Shown: positions 1 to 8,652 of the stretch, one piece after another
Numbering within the stretch: position 1 is the first letter of the stretch
Layout: each line of letters opens with the position of its first letter
Source of the DNA: a virus
Taxonomy: Duplodnaviria; Caudoviricetes
IMG/VR virus record: IMGVR_UViG_3300007983_000016
Location: 1 to 26,939 of that record
Direction: 5' to 3' (one strand)
DNA length: 26,939 bases
Translations under genes and position numbers: made by a program
The notes under the pieces: model-generated
The model's input: only the letters and a program-made list of their open reading frames with translations
Told to the model about the DNA's origin: nothing
Databases searched by the model: none

Positions 1-159
1 ACATATGAAAATGTGGTAGTTCGTTGCAGAGGAAACGAATGGTTTCAAGTCGGTTATTTTTCGTTTGACAATTCGATCAAAGAATACGAATGGGCCTACA
101 TCGATGAGTATGGAAACATAGGCGAGCCGCAGAAGTTTTTGAAGCATGGAGAAAAGTAA
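1..159 (+). CDS. hypothetical protein, 3' part (runs off window start)
   Basis: Frame 1 is open from position 1 to TAA at 157-159, which overlaps the next ATG (TAATG). Confidence 0.6.
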   Translation, partial: TYENVVVRCRGNEWFQVGYFSFDNSIKEYEWAYIDEYGNIGEPQKFLKHGEK

Positions 160-362
160 TGGGTGGACACGCATTAAAGAATATGAATCCCGGTAGTGAT
201 TACTCTATTTCTCTTGGTTGTACATGTCCTGTTTTGGATAATGGTCATGGTAGTGATATTATTGGTGTAACAAGAGGTTTTTGGATTAGTGAGAACTGTC
301 CTCTGCATAGTAAAAATGTAGTAATCGACGAACAAATAGAAAGGAGAAGTAATGCCCCATAG
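159..362 (+). CDS. small Cys/His-rich phage protein
   Basis: NPGS...GCTCPVLDN...CPLH pattern suggests metal binding; start overlaps the upstream stop. Confidence 0.7.
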   Translation: MGGHALKNMNPGSDYSISLGCTCPVLDNGHGSDIIGVTRGFWISENCPLHSKNVVIDEQIERRSNAP

Positions 363-594
363 AAGTCAGATGGTTAAACAAGTACTTTATATGCAGTCAA
401 AAGTAAATGAAGCTGAATGTTTAATAGCAAAGCTTAGAACCGAAGTGGATGAAAAAAATATTATGCTAAGAGAAGCCGAACCAATGGTGAAGCTTTTGCT
501 ACCGCAGAGAACAGCAAAAACTTGGTTGTCAAAATACCGATTTCAAAAGAAAATAAATATACACCCACCCTATAGCCAAGTGGTAAGGCAGTAG
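352..594 (+). CDS. hypothetical protein
   Basis: AAGGAG Shine-Dalgarno (SD) upstream; 3' end overlaps tRNA-Cys. Confidence 0.6.
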   Translation: MPHRSQMVKQVLYMQSKVNEAECLIAKLRTEVDEKNIMLREAEPMVKLLLPQRTAKTWLSKYRFQKKINIHPPYSQVVRQ

Positions 595-636
595 ACTGCA
601 AATCTACGAACGTCGGTTCGACTCCGATTAGGGTGT
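566..636 (+). tRNA. trnC: tRNA-Cys (GCA)
   Basis: Acceptor CACCCTA/TAGGGTG, D arm GCC/GGC, anticodon stem GTAGA/TCTAC with loop CT-GCA-AA, T arm GTCGG-TTCGACT-CCGAT, discriminator U. CCA is not encoded. Confidence 0.95.
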
Positions 637-658
637 TATTAAAAGAAGTGTTTTATCA

Positions 659-665
659 GTATAAT
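659..665 (+). promoter_or_regulatory. -10 box GTATAAT (leadered transcript, SD GAGAGG)
   Basis: Copy of the recurrent GTATAAT motif, upstream of the ORF at 686. Confidence 0.6.
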
Positions 666-685
666 ATAGATAAGAGAGGAAAGAT

Positions 686-1075
686 ATGACAAAAGTATAC
701 ATCTTAGAAGACGATCAATCTCGCATAAATATGTTTGACTCGTATCTAACTGCATATATGCACACAGATACGGTAAGTCAGGACTCTTTGGAGCTGTTCC
801 TTTCATATGATCCAGATATTGTTTTTCTTGATCATGATCTTGGTGGACGTACTATGGTAGACTCTGCTGAGGAAAATACCGGTGCGGGATTTGTTCGATT
901 GCTTGTGAAAAACGACCCTAAGATAAAGGAAAGAACCTTTTACGTTCATTCATTTAACCCGAATGGTTCTATGGAAATGGTCCGAACATTGTTAGAAGTG
1001 TACGCTACTGTATACCGTGAACCGTTTGGTTCATATGGGTTTCGAGCAGCATTAGCTGATATCATGGAGTACTGA
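686..1075 (+). CDS. cyclic-phosphate-processing receiver-domain protein (RNA repair associated)
   Basis: Motifs ILEDD..R, FLDHDLG and VHSFNP are characteristic of this receiver-fold family. Confidence 0.75.
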   Translation: MTKVYILEDDQSRINMFDSYLTAYMHTDTVSQDSLELFLSYDPDIVFLDHDLGGRTMVDSAEENTGAGFVRLLVKNDPKIKERTFYVHSFNPNGSMEMVRTLLEVYATVYREPFGSYGFRAALADIMEY

Positions 1076-1575
1076 TGATGAAAGTATTGTTCTTAGATGT
1101 AGACGGAGTTCTCAACTCTCACATGGGCCTAATAAAGCGTGGAGGTCAGAGTCTAATGGACGTGTATGAAGAGCACGTTAACATTCTTGAATGGACACTA
1201 GAACGGTGTAAGGATGATGTGAAAATCGTTGTTAGCTCTACTTGGAGACTTCCATATATAGAGGAGAATGATGTTGAGGGGATCGCTCTTGAGCTTTTTT
1301 CCGATAATACTTTTCTTTTTAACTCAGTAATAGGGATGACTCCACGATTTAATGGAAAAAAACGAGGAGCTGAAATTCATCATTGGGCTTTGGAAAACAG
1401 CCTAAGCTCAAACGATTTTGTTATTTTAGACGATGATAGTGATATGGTGCCTTGTATGGATCGACTAGTGCAGGTTGATAACACGTATGGACTAACCCAC
1501 GTAAGTGCCGTAGAGGTCTTAGAAAAGTTTTATGGAAAAGAGTACACGAAAAAAGTAATATGGGGATTATCATGA
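1075..1575 (+). CDS. HAD phosphatase, Swiss-Army-Knife RNA repair type (HAD_SAK_2-like)
   Basis: Motifs FLDVDGVLN, IVVSSTWR, RGAEI..W and FVILDD. Confidence 0.85.
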   Translation: MMKVLFLDVDGVLNSHMGLIKRGGQSLMDVYEEHVNILEWTLERCKDDVKIVVSSTWRLPYIEENDVEGIALELFSDNTFLFNSVIGMTPRFNGKKRGAEIHHWALENSLSSNDFVILDDDSDMVPCMDRLVQVDNTYGLTHVSAVEVLEKFYGKEYTKKVIWGLS

Positions 1576-2048
1576 AATACATAAACAAGCATCGAATAGG
1601 ATGGTTGGCTCGTTTGTTGCGACTCAAAAATCCCAAGATCAAGATAAAGCTTCGTCCCTCAGACACATGGTCCATTGACTATGCAGTGGCTCCTCTGCTT
1701 CTTGCGCTGATGAAGCAGTTCAAAGCGGCAACTGTATCCATTGCAGCTATTGAAAACGAGGATGCCCCAGAAGAACTACGCTCAGATGAAGCATATTCAA
1801 ACGAACGGTATAACTGGTTCTTAGATGAAGTTATCTGGGCACTGGAACAAACTCTAATAGACTGGGAAGATCAGTACTATACGGGAGACCCTGATATAGA
1901 GTTTCAAGACAATGCAGACGGTACGGTAGAAATAGTCCATAAAGATACTAATTTTAAGGTAGACTATGAGGGGGTAGAAGCTCACCAAAATAGAATGCAG
2001 AACGCAATGATGCTTTTTGGTAAGTACTTCTATACACTATGGTCATGA
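1572..2048 (+). CDS. hypothetical phage protein
   Basis: Long ORF; probable start is the ATGA overlap at 1572. Confidence 0.75.
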   Translation: MKYINKHRIGWLARLLRLKNPKIKIKLRPSDTWSIDYAVAPLLLALMKQFKAATVSIAAIENEDAPEELRSDEAYSNERYNWFLDEVIWALEQTLIDWEDQYYTGDPDIEFQDNADGTVEIVHKDTNFKVDYEGVEAHQNRMQNAMMLFGKYFYTLWS

Positions 2049-2197
2049 TGATGAGTGAGCTGATAACTATCATCTTTGCCTCTTCTTATTTTGTTATAGT
2101 AGCAGTAGGGTTTTGTGTTGCTATTATAAATTCAATACGATCAAGAAGACTATATAAGCTTACACGCAAAATAGCAGAAAAGAGAGGTAACAACTGA
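2045..2197 (+). CDS. small membrane protein (50 aa, not in ORF track)
   Basis: MMMSELITIIFASSYFVIVAVGFCVAIINSIRSRR...; overlaps the flanking genes at both ends. Confidence 0.6.
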   Translation: MMMSELITIIFASSYFVIVAVGFCVAIINSIRSRRLYKLTRKIAEKRGNN

Positions 2198-2388
2198 TGG
2201 AAGTGTTAGTGACAATTCTCTTAATATTAGTAGTTAGCTTGGTACTTCTAACTGTATTAGCAATTCTATTAGAGATAAACTACACTCGACAAAGAGCTGA
2301 GCAAGAAAAGCTTCGTATAGAGCACGAGGCAAGGATGGAAGTTCGTGAAAAAAGAAAGCTATATCCCTATGGACGGAAGAGAAATTAA
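2197..2388 (+). CDS. small membrane-anchored protein
   Basis: N-terminal hydrophobic helix; SD GAGGT. Confidence 0.65.
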   Translation: MEVLVTILLILVVSLVLLTVLAILLEINYTRQRAEQEKLRIEHEARMEVREKRKLYPYGRKRN

Positions 2389-2635
2389 AAAAAGTGATTA
2401 CCCCGAACTTAGTGAAATGTTTGACACTGGGTGGGTCGATAGCAAAGAGTGGGGTAACACTACGGTGAAAGCAACTTTGGATTTTCCCGTAGGAACTGTT
2501 TTCCCCACTTTGGAAAAAGATTTATTTAGTGTGAGAACAAACACCGGATGGAGACGATTTCATAAACGAGCAATACTTCTTTGGATAAAGTTTAACAAAA
2601 TTTCTGAGACAAATATTCGTAAGGAGAGAGTATGA
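2345..2635 (+). CDS. hypothetical protein with tail-collar-like N-terminal motif
   Basis: YIPMDGREIKKSDYPELSEMF resembles the phage tail collar signature (..CDG..l....YPELF). Confidence 0.55.
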   Translation: MKKESYIPMDGREIKKSDYPELSEMFDTGWVDSKEWGNTTVKATLDFPVGTVFPTLEKDLFSVRTNTGWRRFHKRAILLWIKFNKISETNIRKERV

Positions 2636-3390
2636 TTTTAGATACCAAAAAACTGGAAAGTATATGCCTTTATTTTATTTTCATTTCTTTTATAACAATC
2701 GGAATAGTAATGGTAACTCGATATGTTCATCATACAATAGAAACAGCCAAAATTCATAACATTGCCTTACAACTCGAGCTTATAGAGACCAAAAATCTTT
2801 ATGAAGAGGCAATTTCTACTGATGGATATGAAGTGCCCGACAGTGAGCATATTTCTTTTCCATTTTTTCCAGACTCAGGAATATTTGTTACATCGCAATT
2901 TCATCTGCGTAGCAATCCTTTTGAGAAAAATACTGGACCGAACCAATCTGAGGATTTAATTCATAAAGGCATAGATATTGTAAGTACAAAGCAGACGGCG
3001 ATCCGGAGTACTGTCAACGGAATGGTTGTTCGTCATTATCCACCCCCTGATGGTTATTGGCGAGGTTTTGGAGTCTACGGCGGAGTCATTGTTATTGAAG
3101 ATGAATATGGATACTTTCATAAGTTTAGTCATATGTCAGAAACCTATGTTCAATCTATGCCTATATCGGATAGAACACTTGTAATTGCTGGAGAAACCGT
3201 TATTGGTAGACAAGGTAATTCTGGAAGAACCACTGGTTCTCATCTACACTATGAAATTTTTTCTGGTCCTGATGCTGATACTCCAGAAATCTGGTACGAT
3301 CCAATGAAGTATTTTGATATCAGACTCACCGAAAATGGAGAAGTGATGTTTAACACTGACGAAGTTATTTCATTGATCGTCAACGACTAA
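2632..3390 (+). CDS. M23 family peptidase with N-terminal transmembrane helix
   Basis: Zn motifs HKGID and HLHYE, plus GNSGRTTG. Confidence 0.9.
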   Translation: MILDTKKLESICLYFIFISFITIGIVMVTRYVHHTIETAKIHNIALQLELIETKNLYEEAISTDGYEVPDSEHISFPFFPDSGIFVTSQFHLRSNPFEKNTGPNQSEDLIHKGIDIVSTKQTAIRSTVNGMVVRHYPPPDGYWRGFGVYGGVIVIEDEYGYFHKFSHMSETYVQSMPISDRTLVIAGETVIGRQGNSGRTTGSHLHYEIFSGPDADTPEIWYDPMKYFDIRLTENGEVMFNTDEVISLIVND

Positions 3391-3429
3391 ATTTATCAAA
3401 ATCCGAATTCTAGTCAGTATAATAAAAAT

Positions 3430-4551
3430 ATGATGAGTGAAATATCAAACATTGACAAGCTTAGAAACTTTATTCTGTCAAACAATGACTGGGAGAAGAT
3501 TCTTTCTTCTGATCCTTATAATTTGTCCGTTAAAAGAGATCTAGGTTATGTGCTACTTAAGTATAATCAGATCACAAGTGATATGTCTACTGATTACGCG
3601 CGGGCTGCTCGCGGAGTAATTCTGGATGAAGAGAATCAATATTGTATAGTTTGCCGACCTTTTGAAAAGTTTTTCAACTGGGGTGAAAGTCGTGCTGCTG
3701 ATATTGACTGGGACTCCGCTTTTATTCAAGAGAAGATCGATGGATCGATTCTCAAGATGTGGGTTTCTAACAAGCTAGAGCAGTGGGTTATTTCTACTAA
3801 TGGAGTCATAATGGGGTCTAAGGTTCCAGTTATGTTTCCAAAGAACGGAATTAAGACCTTCGGAGATATGGTAGAACAAATTCCTGAACATTTTTGGACT
3901 ACTAATAATTTCGACGAAGAATATACGTACATCTTTGAAATTGTAGGGCCTCAGAATAGAGTCGTAGTTCCCTACGATCACATCAATATGTATTATCTAT
4001 CCTCATTTCATAATGAAAGTGGAGAAGAAAAGAGATTTTCTGAAGAAGATTTGCATTATTTTTCTCGCCCTAAAACTTATAGCTTTTCCTCATTAGAAGA
4101 AACTATAAACTTCACAAAGAGCGAATCCTTTAATGACTACAAAAATGAAGGATTTGTAGTCACAGATAAGTTTAGCAATCGTATAAAGATAAAGACAGAA
4201 GATTATTTGAGAATCCATCGTCTTCGCGGAGAAGCTATTCCTACCGATAAGAAGATACTAGATATAGTTATTCAGGGAGAGACAGAAGAGTTTCTTAGTT
4301 ATTTTCCAGAATATAAAGATCAATTTCTTGAAGTAGAGACCTCACTACAAAACTTTAAGCGAGACCTTCAGAAGCAAAAAATCGACTTGGAATCTAAAAC
4401 GTTCGATAATAGAAAACAAGCAGCAATGTGGATCAAGAATGAAAAAGATCCTAATTTCTTGTTTCAAGCCTATGATGGAAAAGTCGATGATATCGATGAA
4501 TGGGTAAAAGAACAGCGGTTGGAAAATTTGGTAAGAAGGATTCTTTCTTGA
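3430..4551 (+). CDS. RNA ligase, T4 Rnl1-like
   Basis: ARGVI, PFEKFFN, EKIDGS (adenylation Lys), FEIVG, EGFVV and KIK. Confidence 0.88.
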   Translation: MMSEISNIDKLRNFILSNNDWEKILSSDPYNLSVKRDLGYVLLKYNQITSDMSTDYARAARGVILDEENQYCIVCRPFEKFFNWGESRAADIDWDSAFIQEKIDGSILKMWVSNKLEQWVISTNGVIMGSKVPVMFPKNGIKTFGDMVEQIPEHFWTTNNFDEEYTYIFEIVGPQNRVVVPYDHINMYYLSSFHNESGEEKRFSEEDLHYFSRPKTYSFSSLEETINFTKSESFNDYKNEGFVVTDKFSNRIKIKTEDYLRIHRLRGEAIPTDKKILDIVIQGETEEFLSYFPEYKDQFLEVETSLQNFKRDLQKQKIDLESKTFDNRKQAAMWIKNEKDPNFLFQAYDGKVDDIDEWVKEQRLENLVRRILS

Positions 4552-4970
4552 AACACGAAGATTTATATCTTGAGATAGCTAAGACAGTAGCAGAAAGATC
4601 GAAGGCGAAAAGGAAAAAGGTTGGAGCTGTTCTCGTAAAGGATAACAACATAATTTCCTTTGGATGGAATGGAACTCCTTCTGGATTCGTTAATGATTGT
4701 GAATATGAAAAAGATGGGGAACTTCACACTCATAAAAGCGTTGTTCACGCAGAAGCGAATGCGATATCAAAAGCAGCAAAGTCGACAATTTCAACCGATG
4801 GATCAACTCTATTTTTAACACTTTCTCCTTGCTATGAGTGTTCAAAGCTTCTTATTCAAAGTGGAATAAAAAAAGTAGTTTATTTAGAGGAGTATAGAGA
4901 TACTGAAGCAATTAATTTTTTGAAAAATGCAGGTATAACTTTGGAAAAAGTAACAGCAGAAAAGGTATAA
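4548..4970 (+). CDS. dCMP deaminase
   Basis: KVGAVLV, GWNG, HAEANAI and PCYEC. Probable start is TTG 4548, overlapping the ligase TGA, with AGAAGGA upstream. Confidence 0.92.
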   Translation: MKHEDLYLEIAKTVAERSKAKRKKVGAVLVKDNNIISFGWNGTPSGFVNDCEYEKDGELHTHKSVVHAEANAISKAAKSTISTDGSTLFLTLSPCYECSKLLIQSGIKKVVYLEEYRDTEAINFLKNAGITLEKVTAEKV

Positions 4971-4977
4971 TATAACA

Positions 4978-6047
4978 ATGAATGAAAAAAACCGAGAAGA
5001 AAGGAGCGTGGGACGAAGAATACTTTTGTCCCACGTCTAGCTTGCGGGGAGTTATTTGCTTAGCTCCCCGCAAGCATTTAAGTTGACCTCGACGGCCACG
5101 GCATAATCACATTGGCAAAACATTTTGAAAGTAAAAGAATATATCTATTTGATGAAATTTTTCCTTGTGATTATGGATTTGAACTAGATGAAGATTTTTA
5201 TGGATACGTTTCAGAATTCGACGAAATCGTAATTGCCGATTTGACTCTTGATCAAAAAAAAGTAAAGAAGTGGATTCGATTGGGAAAGAAAGTACAGATA
5301 TTTGATCATCACTCTGAGACACAATGGATAGAAGAATACGAAGGAAGTGTTTGGGATAATACCCGCTGTGGAACAAAAATCTTTTGGGAAGAATATGTAA
5401 AACCTAAAATAGGTCGATACAAGCCAATTATCGATGAATTTGTAGATTTGGTAAATACGTATGATTTGTGGGATAAGGAAGGACCTCTTTGGGATCAAGC
5501 CGTAAATCTTAATAATGTTCTATATGGTGTCATAGACTATAGCCAAGACGATATCATCGAAAAGCTTACTCCTTTTTATAATTTGATGTCAAAAAAGTTC
5601 TCCAAGTTAGACCACTGGAGATGGACTCAAAAAGAAATAGATGTCATTGAACGAGCTCATCAACGAGAAGAAGAAATGTATACTAAAGCTATGGAGACTA
5701 TTTCGTATAGAGAAGACTCCAAGGGAAAGTATTTTGCGGTCATAATGATTGGATCAAAAGTGTCTTTGGTAGCTTCTAGAATCTTAGAGGAGCAAGACTA
5801 CCTAGACTATCTTATCGTGATCAACACTTATGGAGGAGTTACGGGAAAACTTTCTTTCCGATCGAGTCGAGGATTTATTTGTCATGATATTTGTGTAGCG
5901 AATGGGCATGATGCAGCTGCAGGAGGAAAAATAAGCTCAGATGATGCCAAAGATTTTTGGGAAAATGATGACCTCTGTATTAGGTATAATGATGAATATG
6001 ATGAGTCGAAGCCAAACGATATTTTCAATAGGGTTACTTATTCATGA
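4978..6047 (+). CDS. DHH/DHHA1 phosphoesterase interrupted by a 47-nt non-coding gap (join 4978-5037 + 5085-6047, about 340 aa)
   Basis: Segment 1 ends ILLSHV and segment 2 starts DLDGHG, restoring DHH motif 1 (SHxDxDG). IADL, FDHH and GHDAAAGG lie downstream. Confidence 0.85.
5007..5084 (+). other. candidate ribosomal bypass element: 5' stem-loop, take-off GTC, TAG, 15-bp hairpin, landing GTT
   Basis: Stem 5007-5018/5024-5035; GTC 5035-5037; TAG 5038-5040; hairpin 5040-5054/5061-5075; TAA 5079-5081; GTT 5082-5084. Confidence 0.7.
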
Positions 6048-8572
6048 GCGATTTTTTTCAATATGATGAATTAGTTAAAAAGAACGAGGAAGACCTCCTA
6101 AGAATAAAAGATCCATTTATTCTAAAGGCAGATAATCCCGAAGTCTATGTTTTATGTGATACTTTTCTCTCAAAACTACAGATTGGAATTCTAAGAAAAC
6201 TTTTAAAGACATTTGCCTCTATAGAACAGGTATCTATTCTTTATACTTATGATGTCAAAGCAACGGCGAAGGATACAGAAAAGTCTATTACTAAATTCGC
6301 TATGGATCACGCGATAGATTTTTCTGCATTTATTCCAGCTAAGTCTAAAATAATCACAATGGGACGGGCTCTTTATTCTATAACAAAGGATACGTCTGTT
6401 CAGGTTTCTGCTTTTCAGGATATTGTTTGGAACGATACGAAGTTCTATGATCCCAATACAGAGAGTTGGGTATTTCCTACGGCGTGGCTCATGGGTCTTT
6501 ATAGTTTTTCTGATGAATCTCTAATTAGCTCCTATGATCTCTATCATTTTAAGCATCAGCTAAAATATGTTGCTTCTTTCAAACCGCCGGCAATTCGAGT
6601 TCCAAAACTTAAAGTAGAACTAGTAGAAAATCCTAATGCTTTTTTACAAGAACATTTTGATGAAAAAGTAGTAGCTTGGGACTTAGAGACTGGTGGATTT
6701 GATTGTTCTCGAGATAAAGTTCGATGTGTTACTATGTCTTTCGATGGTAAAACAGGATATTATCTTAGATGGCCCGATATAGACCCAGAAATCCTAAACA
6801 AATTTTTTGAAGGAAAATATCAGATAGGAGCCAATCTAAAATTCGATTGTAGATTTATGCATCTACAGGGCGTTACAAATGCTAAACCTGATTTTGATAC
6901 TCTTCACGCAGGTCATGCTCTTAATGAAATGAGATCGAACTCTCTAAAGACTCATGCTTGGGTCTATACTTATTACGGCGGCTATGATCTTCCTCTCGAG
7001 GAGTATAAGAAAAAATATCCTAAAACAAAAAGCTATCTTCTAATTCCAGAATCAGTATTAGCCGACTATGCCGCTAAGGATTCAATTATAACCTATCAGG
7101 TATGGGAGAAACAGAAAGAGCATTTAGCGAAAGATCCAGAATTAGAAAGATATTTTTATGACGAGATGATGCCAACTGTTCAGATGTTTGTAGACATTGA
7201 AACAGAAGGTGTTTTCATAAATTGGAATAATATCCGAAAGAACAAAGAAAAGCTTTATAACGAGAGACAAGAAATTGTTGAGAAAATTTATAAAGAAGTT
7301 GGACGAGAATTCAATATCGCTTCGTCTAAGGAAACATCTCATATTTTAGAGTTCGAAATGAATCTTCCGTTCTTAGGAACACGAAACAAAGCTGGAGGAT
7401 ATTTTACAAATGAAGAACATTTAACAGAGTGGAAAAAGAAGGGTCATAGGATTGCTGAGTTACTTCTTGAATATCGAAGCTATAGTGCTCTATTAAATAC
7501 CTTCATTGGAGACGAAAAACTTAAGACTGCCTATTGGGAATACAAAGCTCCCAACGATTTAATCTATCCAAGCTATTCGGTTATGATGGCCAACTCTCAC
7601 CGTAATAAGTCAAATAGTCCCAATATGCAACAAGTACCTCATCATGGCGACAAGGCCTGGATGATACGATCTTTCTTCGACTGTCCAAAAGACTTCAAAA
7701 TATCTGAATTTGATTATTCAGGATTTCAACTTAGAATTGCGGCGATAATTTCTGGCGATGAGAATATGAAGAAAGCCTTCGTAGACCTCGGCGGCGATAT
7801 GCACAGTTTTACTGCTCAACCGATCTTTTGTCCAGAAATGACTCTCGAGGAGTTTCTAAGTAAGAAAAAAGAAGACCCTTATAAGGAGTATAGATTCCGG
7901 GCGAAAGGAATTAACTTTGGTCTTCTCTTTGGAATGGGTCATTTTACCTATGCCGCAAATTTTATACGAAAGGAATGGTCTTTGCAAGAGTGTAAAGACT
8001 TCTGTAAGGAGAGAAAAGTAACTATTCTTACTGACTTCCAATCGGGAACGACTGACTATTATCTATCAGTAGCTAAATATCTACGAGATACTTTTTTTGA
8101 AACTTATCCCGGATTAGTTTCTTGGCATGAATCAACTCATGCTTTTGCAAAAAAGAATGGATATGTTCGGTATGTTCATGGAGGCAGAAGATTGCTTCCA
8201 CAACTTCTTGGAGTTGGAGAAGATAAAAAAACAGAAGCTAGCTTGAAAAATATTTCTCTTAACTCTCCTGTTCAAAACTTCGAAATAGTTATCATATCGC
8301 GAGCGATGAGAGCTTTTAACAATTTTTGCAAAGAGAATAATTTCAAGTCAAGAATATGGGCAACAGTTCATGATGCAGTAGCCTTTTATATTCATAGAGA
8401 CGAAGAAAAAGTTTTAGGAGAAAAAATTCCAAAGATTCTACAAGCGTCTTTTCCAGAATTTGGGGATATTCCTATCGAAGTTGAGGGAGACCTTTCAGAT
8501 CCTTATGCAGAGTCTCCAGAATATTGGGGATACGGACAAGCATGGTACGAGGATCAACGAGTATTAATATAG
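6044..8572 (+). CDS. polA: DNA polymerase family A with 3'-5' exonuclease and degenerate UDG-like N-terminal domain
   Basis: Exonuclease motifs DLETGG, NLKFD and YAAKD. Polymerase motifs PNMQQVP, DYSGFQLR, RAKGINFGLLFG and VHDA. Confidence 0.93.
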   Translation: MSDFFQYDELVKKNEEDLLRIKDPFILKADNPEVYVLCDTFLSKLQIGILRKLLKTFASIEQVSILYTYDVKATAKDTEKSITKFAMDHAIDFSAFIPAKSKIITMGRALYSITKDTSVQVSAFQDIVWNDTKFYDPNTESWVFPTAWLMGLYSFSDESLISSYDLYHFKHQLKYVASFKPPAIRVPKLKVELVENPNAFLQEHFDEKVVAWDLETGGFDCSRDKVRCVTMSFDGKTGYYLRWPDIDPEILNKFFEGKYQIGANLKFDCRFMHLQGVTNAKPDFDTLHAGHALNEMRSNSLKTHAWVYTYYGGYDLPLEEYKKKYPKTKSYLLIPESVLADYAAKDSIITYQVWEKQKEHLAKDPELERYFYDEMMPTVQMFVDIETEGVFINWNNIRKNKEKLYNERQEIVEKIYKEVGREFNIASSKETSHILEFEMNLPFLGTRNKAGGYFTNEEHLTEWKKKGHRIAELLLEYRSYSALLNTFIGDEKLKTAYWEYKAPNDLIYPSYSVMMANSHRNKSNSPNMQQVPHHGDKAWMIRSFFDCPKDFKISEFDYSGFQLRIAAIISGDENMKKAFVDLGGDMHSFTAQPIFCPEMTLEEFLSKKKEDPYKEYRFRAKGINFGLLFGMGHFTYAANFIRKEWSLQECKDFCKERKVTILTDFQSGTTDYYLSVAKYLRDTFFETYPGLVSWHESTHAFAKKNGYVRYVHGGRRLLPQLLGVGEDKKTEASLKNISLNSPVQNFEIVIISRAMRAFNNFCKENNFKSRIWATVHDAVAFYIHRDEEKVLGEKIPKILQASFPEFGDIPIEVEGDLSDPYAESPEYWGYGQAWYEDQRVLI

Positions 8573-8592
8573 AAAAAAGTTTCAAAAAAGTA

Positions 8593-8621
8593 TGTACATA
8601 ATCTTCACAGTGTGATATAAT
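8593..8621 (+). promoter_or_regulatory. sigma70-like promoter TGTACA-N17-TATAAT (extended -10, A-rich upstream)
   Basis: TGTACA 8593-8598, TGATATAAT ending at 8621, AGGAGG SD before 8653. Confidence 0.7.
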
Positions 8622-8652
8622 ATTCTTAGATCACTAAATATAGGAGGATCTG

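Noticed and set aside
5040-5080. Rho-independent terminator
   Set aside because: The hairpin is strong but is followed only by ATTTA, with no U-tract. It lies about 65 nt downstream of a promoter and exactly splits a catalytic motif. Some attenuation cannot be excluded.
5112-6047. TTG 5112 (and likewise ATG 24741) as true gene starts
   Set aside because: Neither has an SD, and both would omit the essential first metal-binding motif encoded just upstream.
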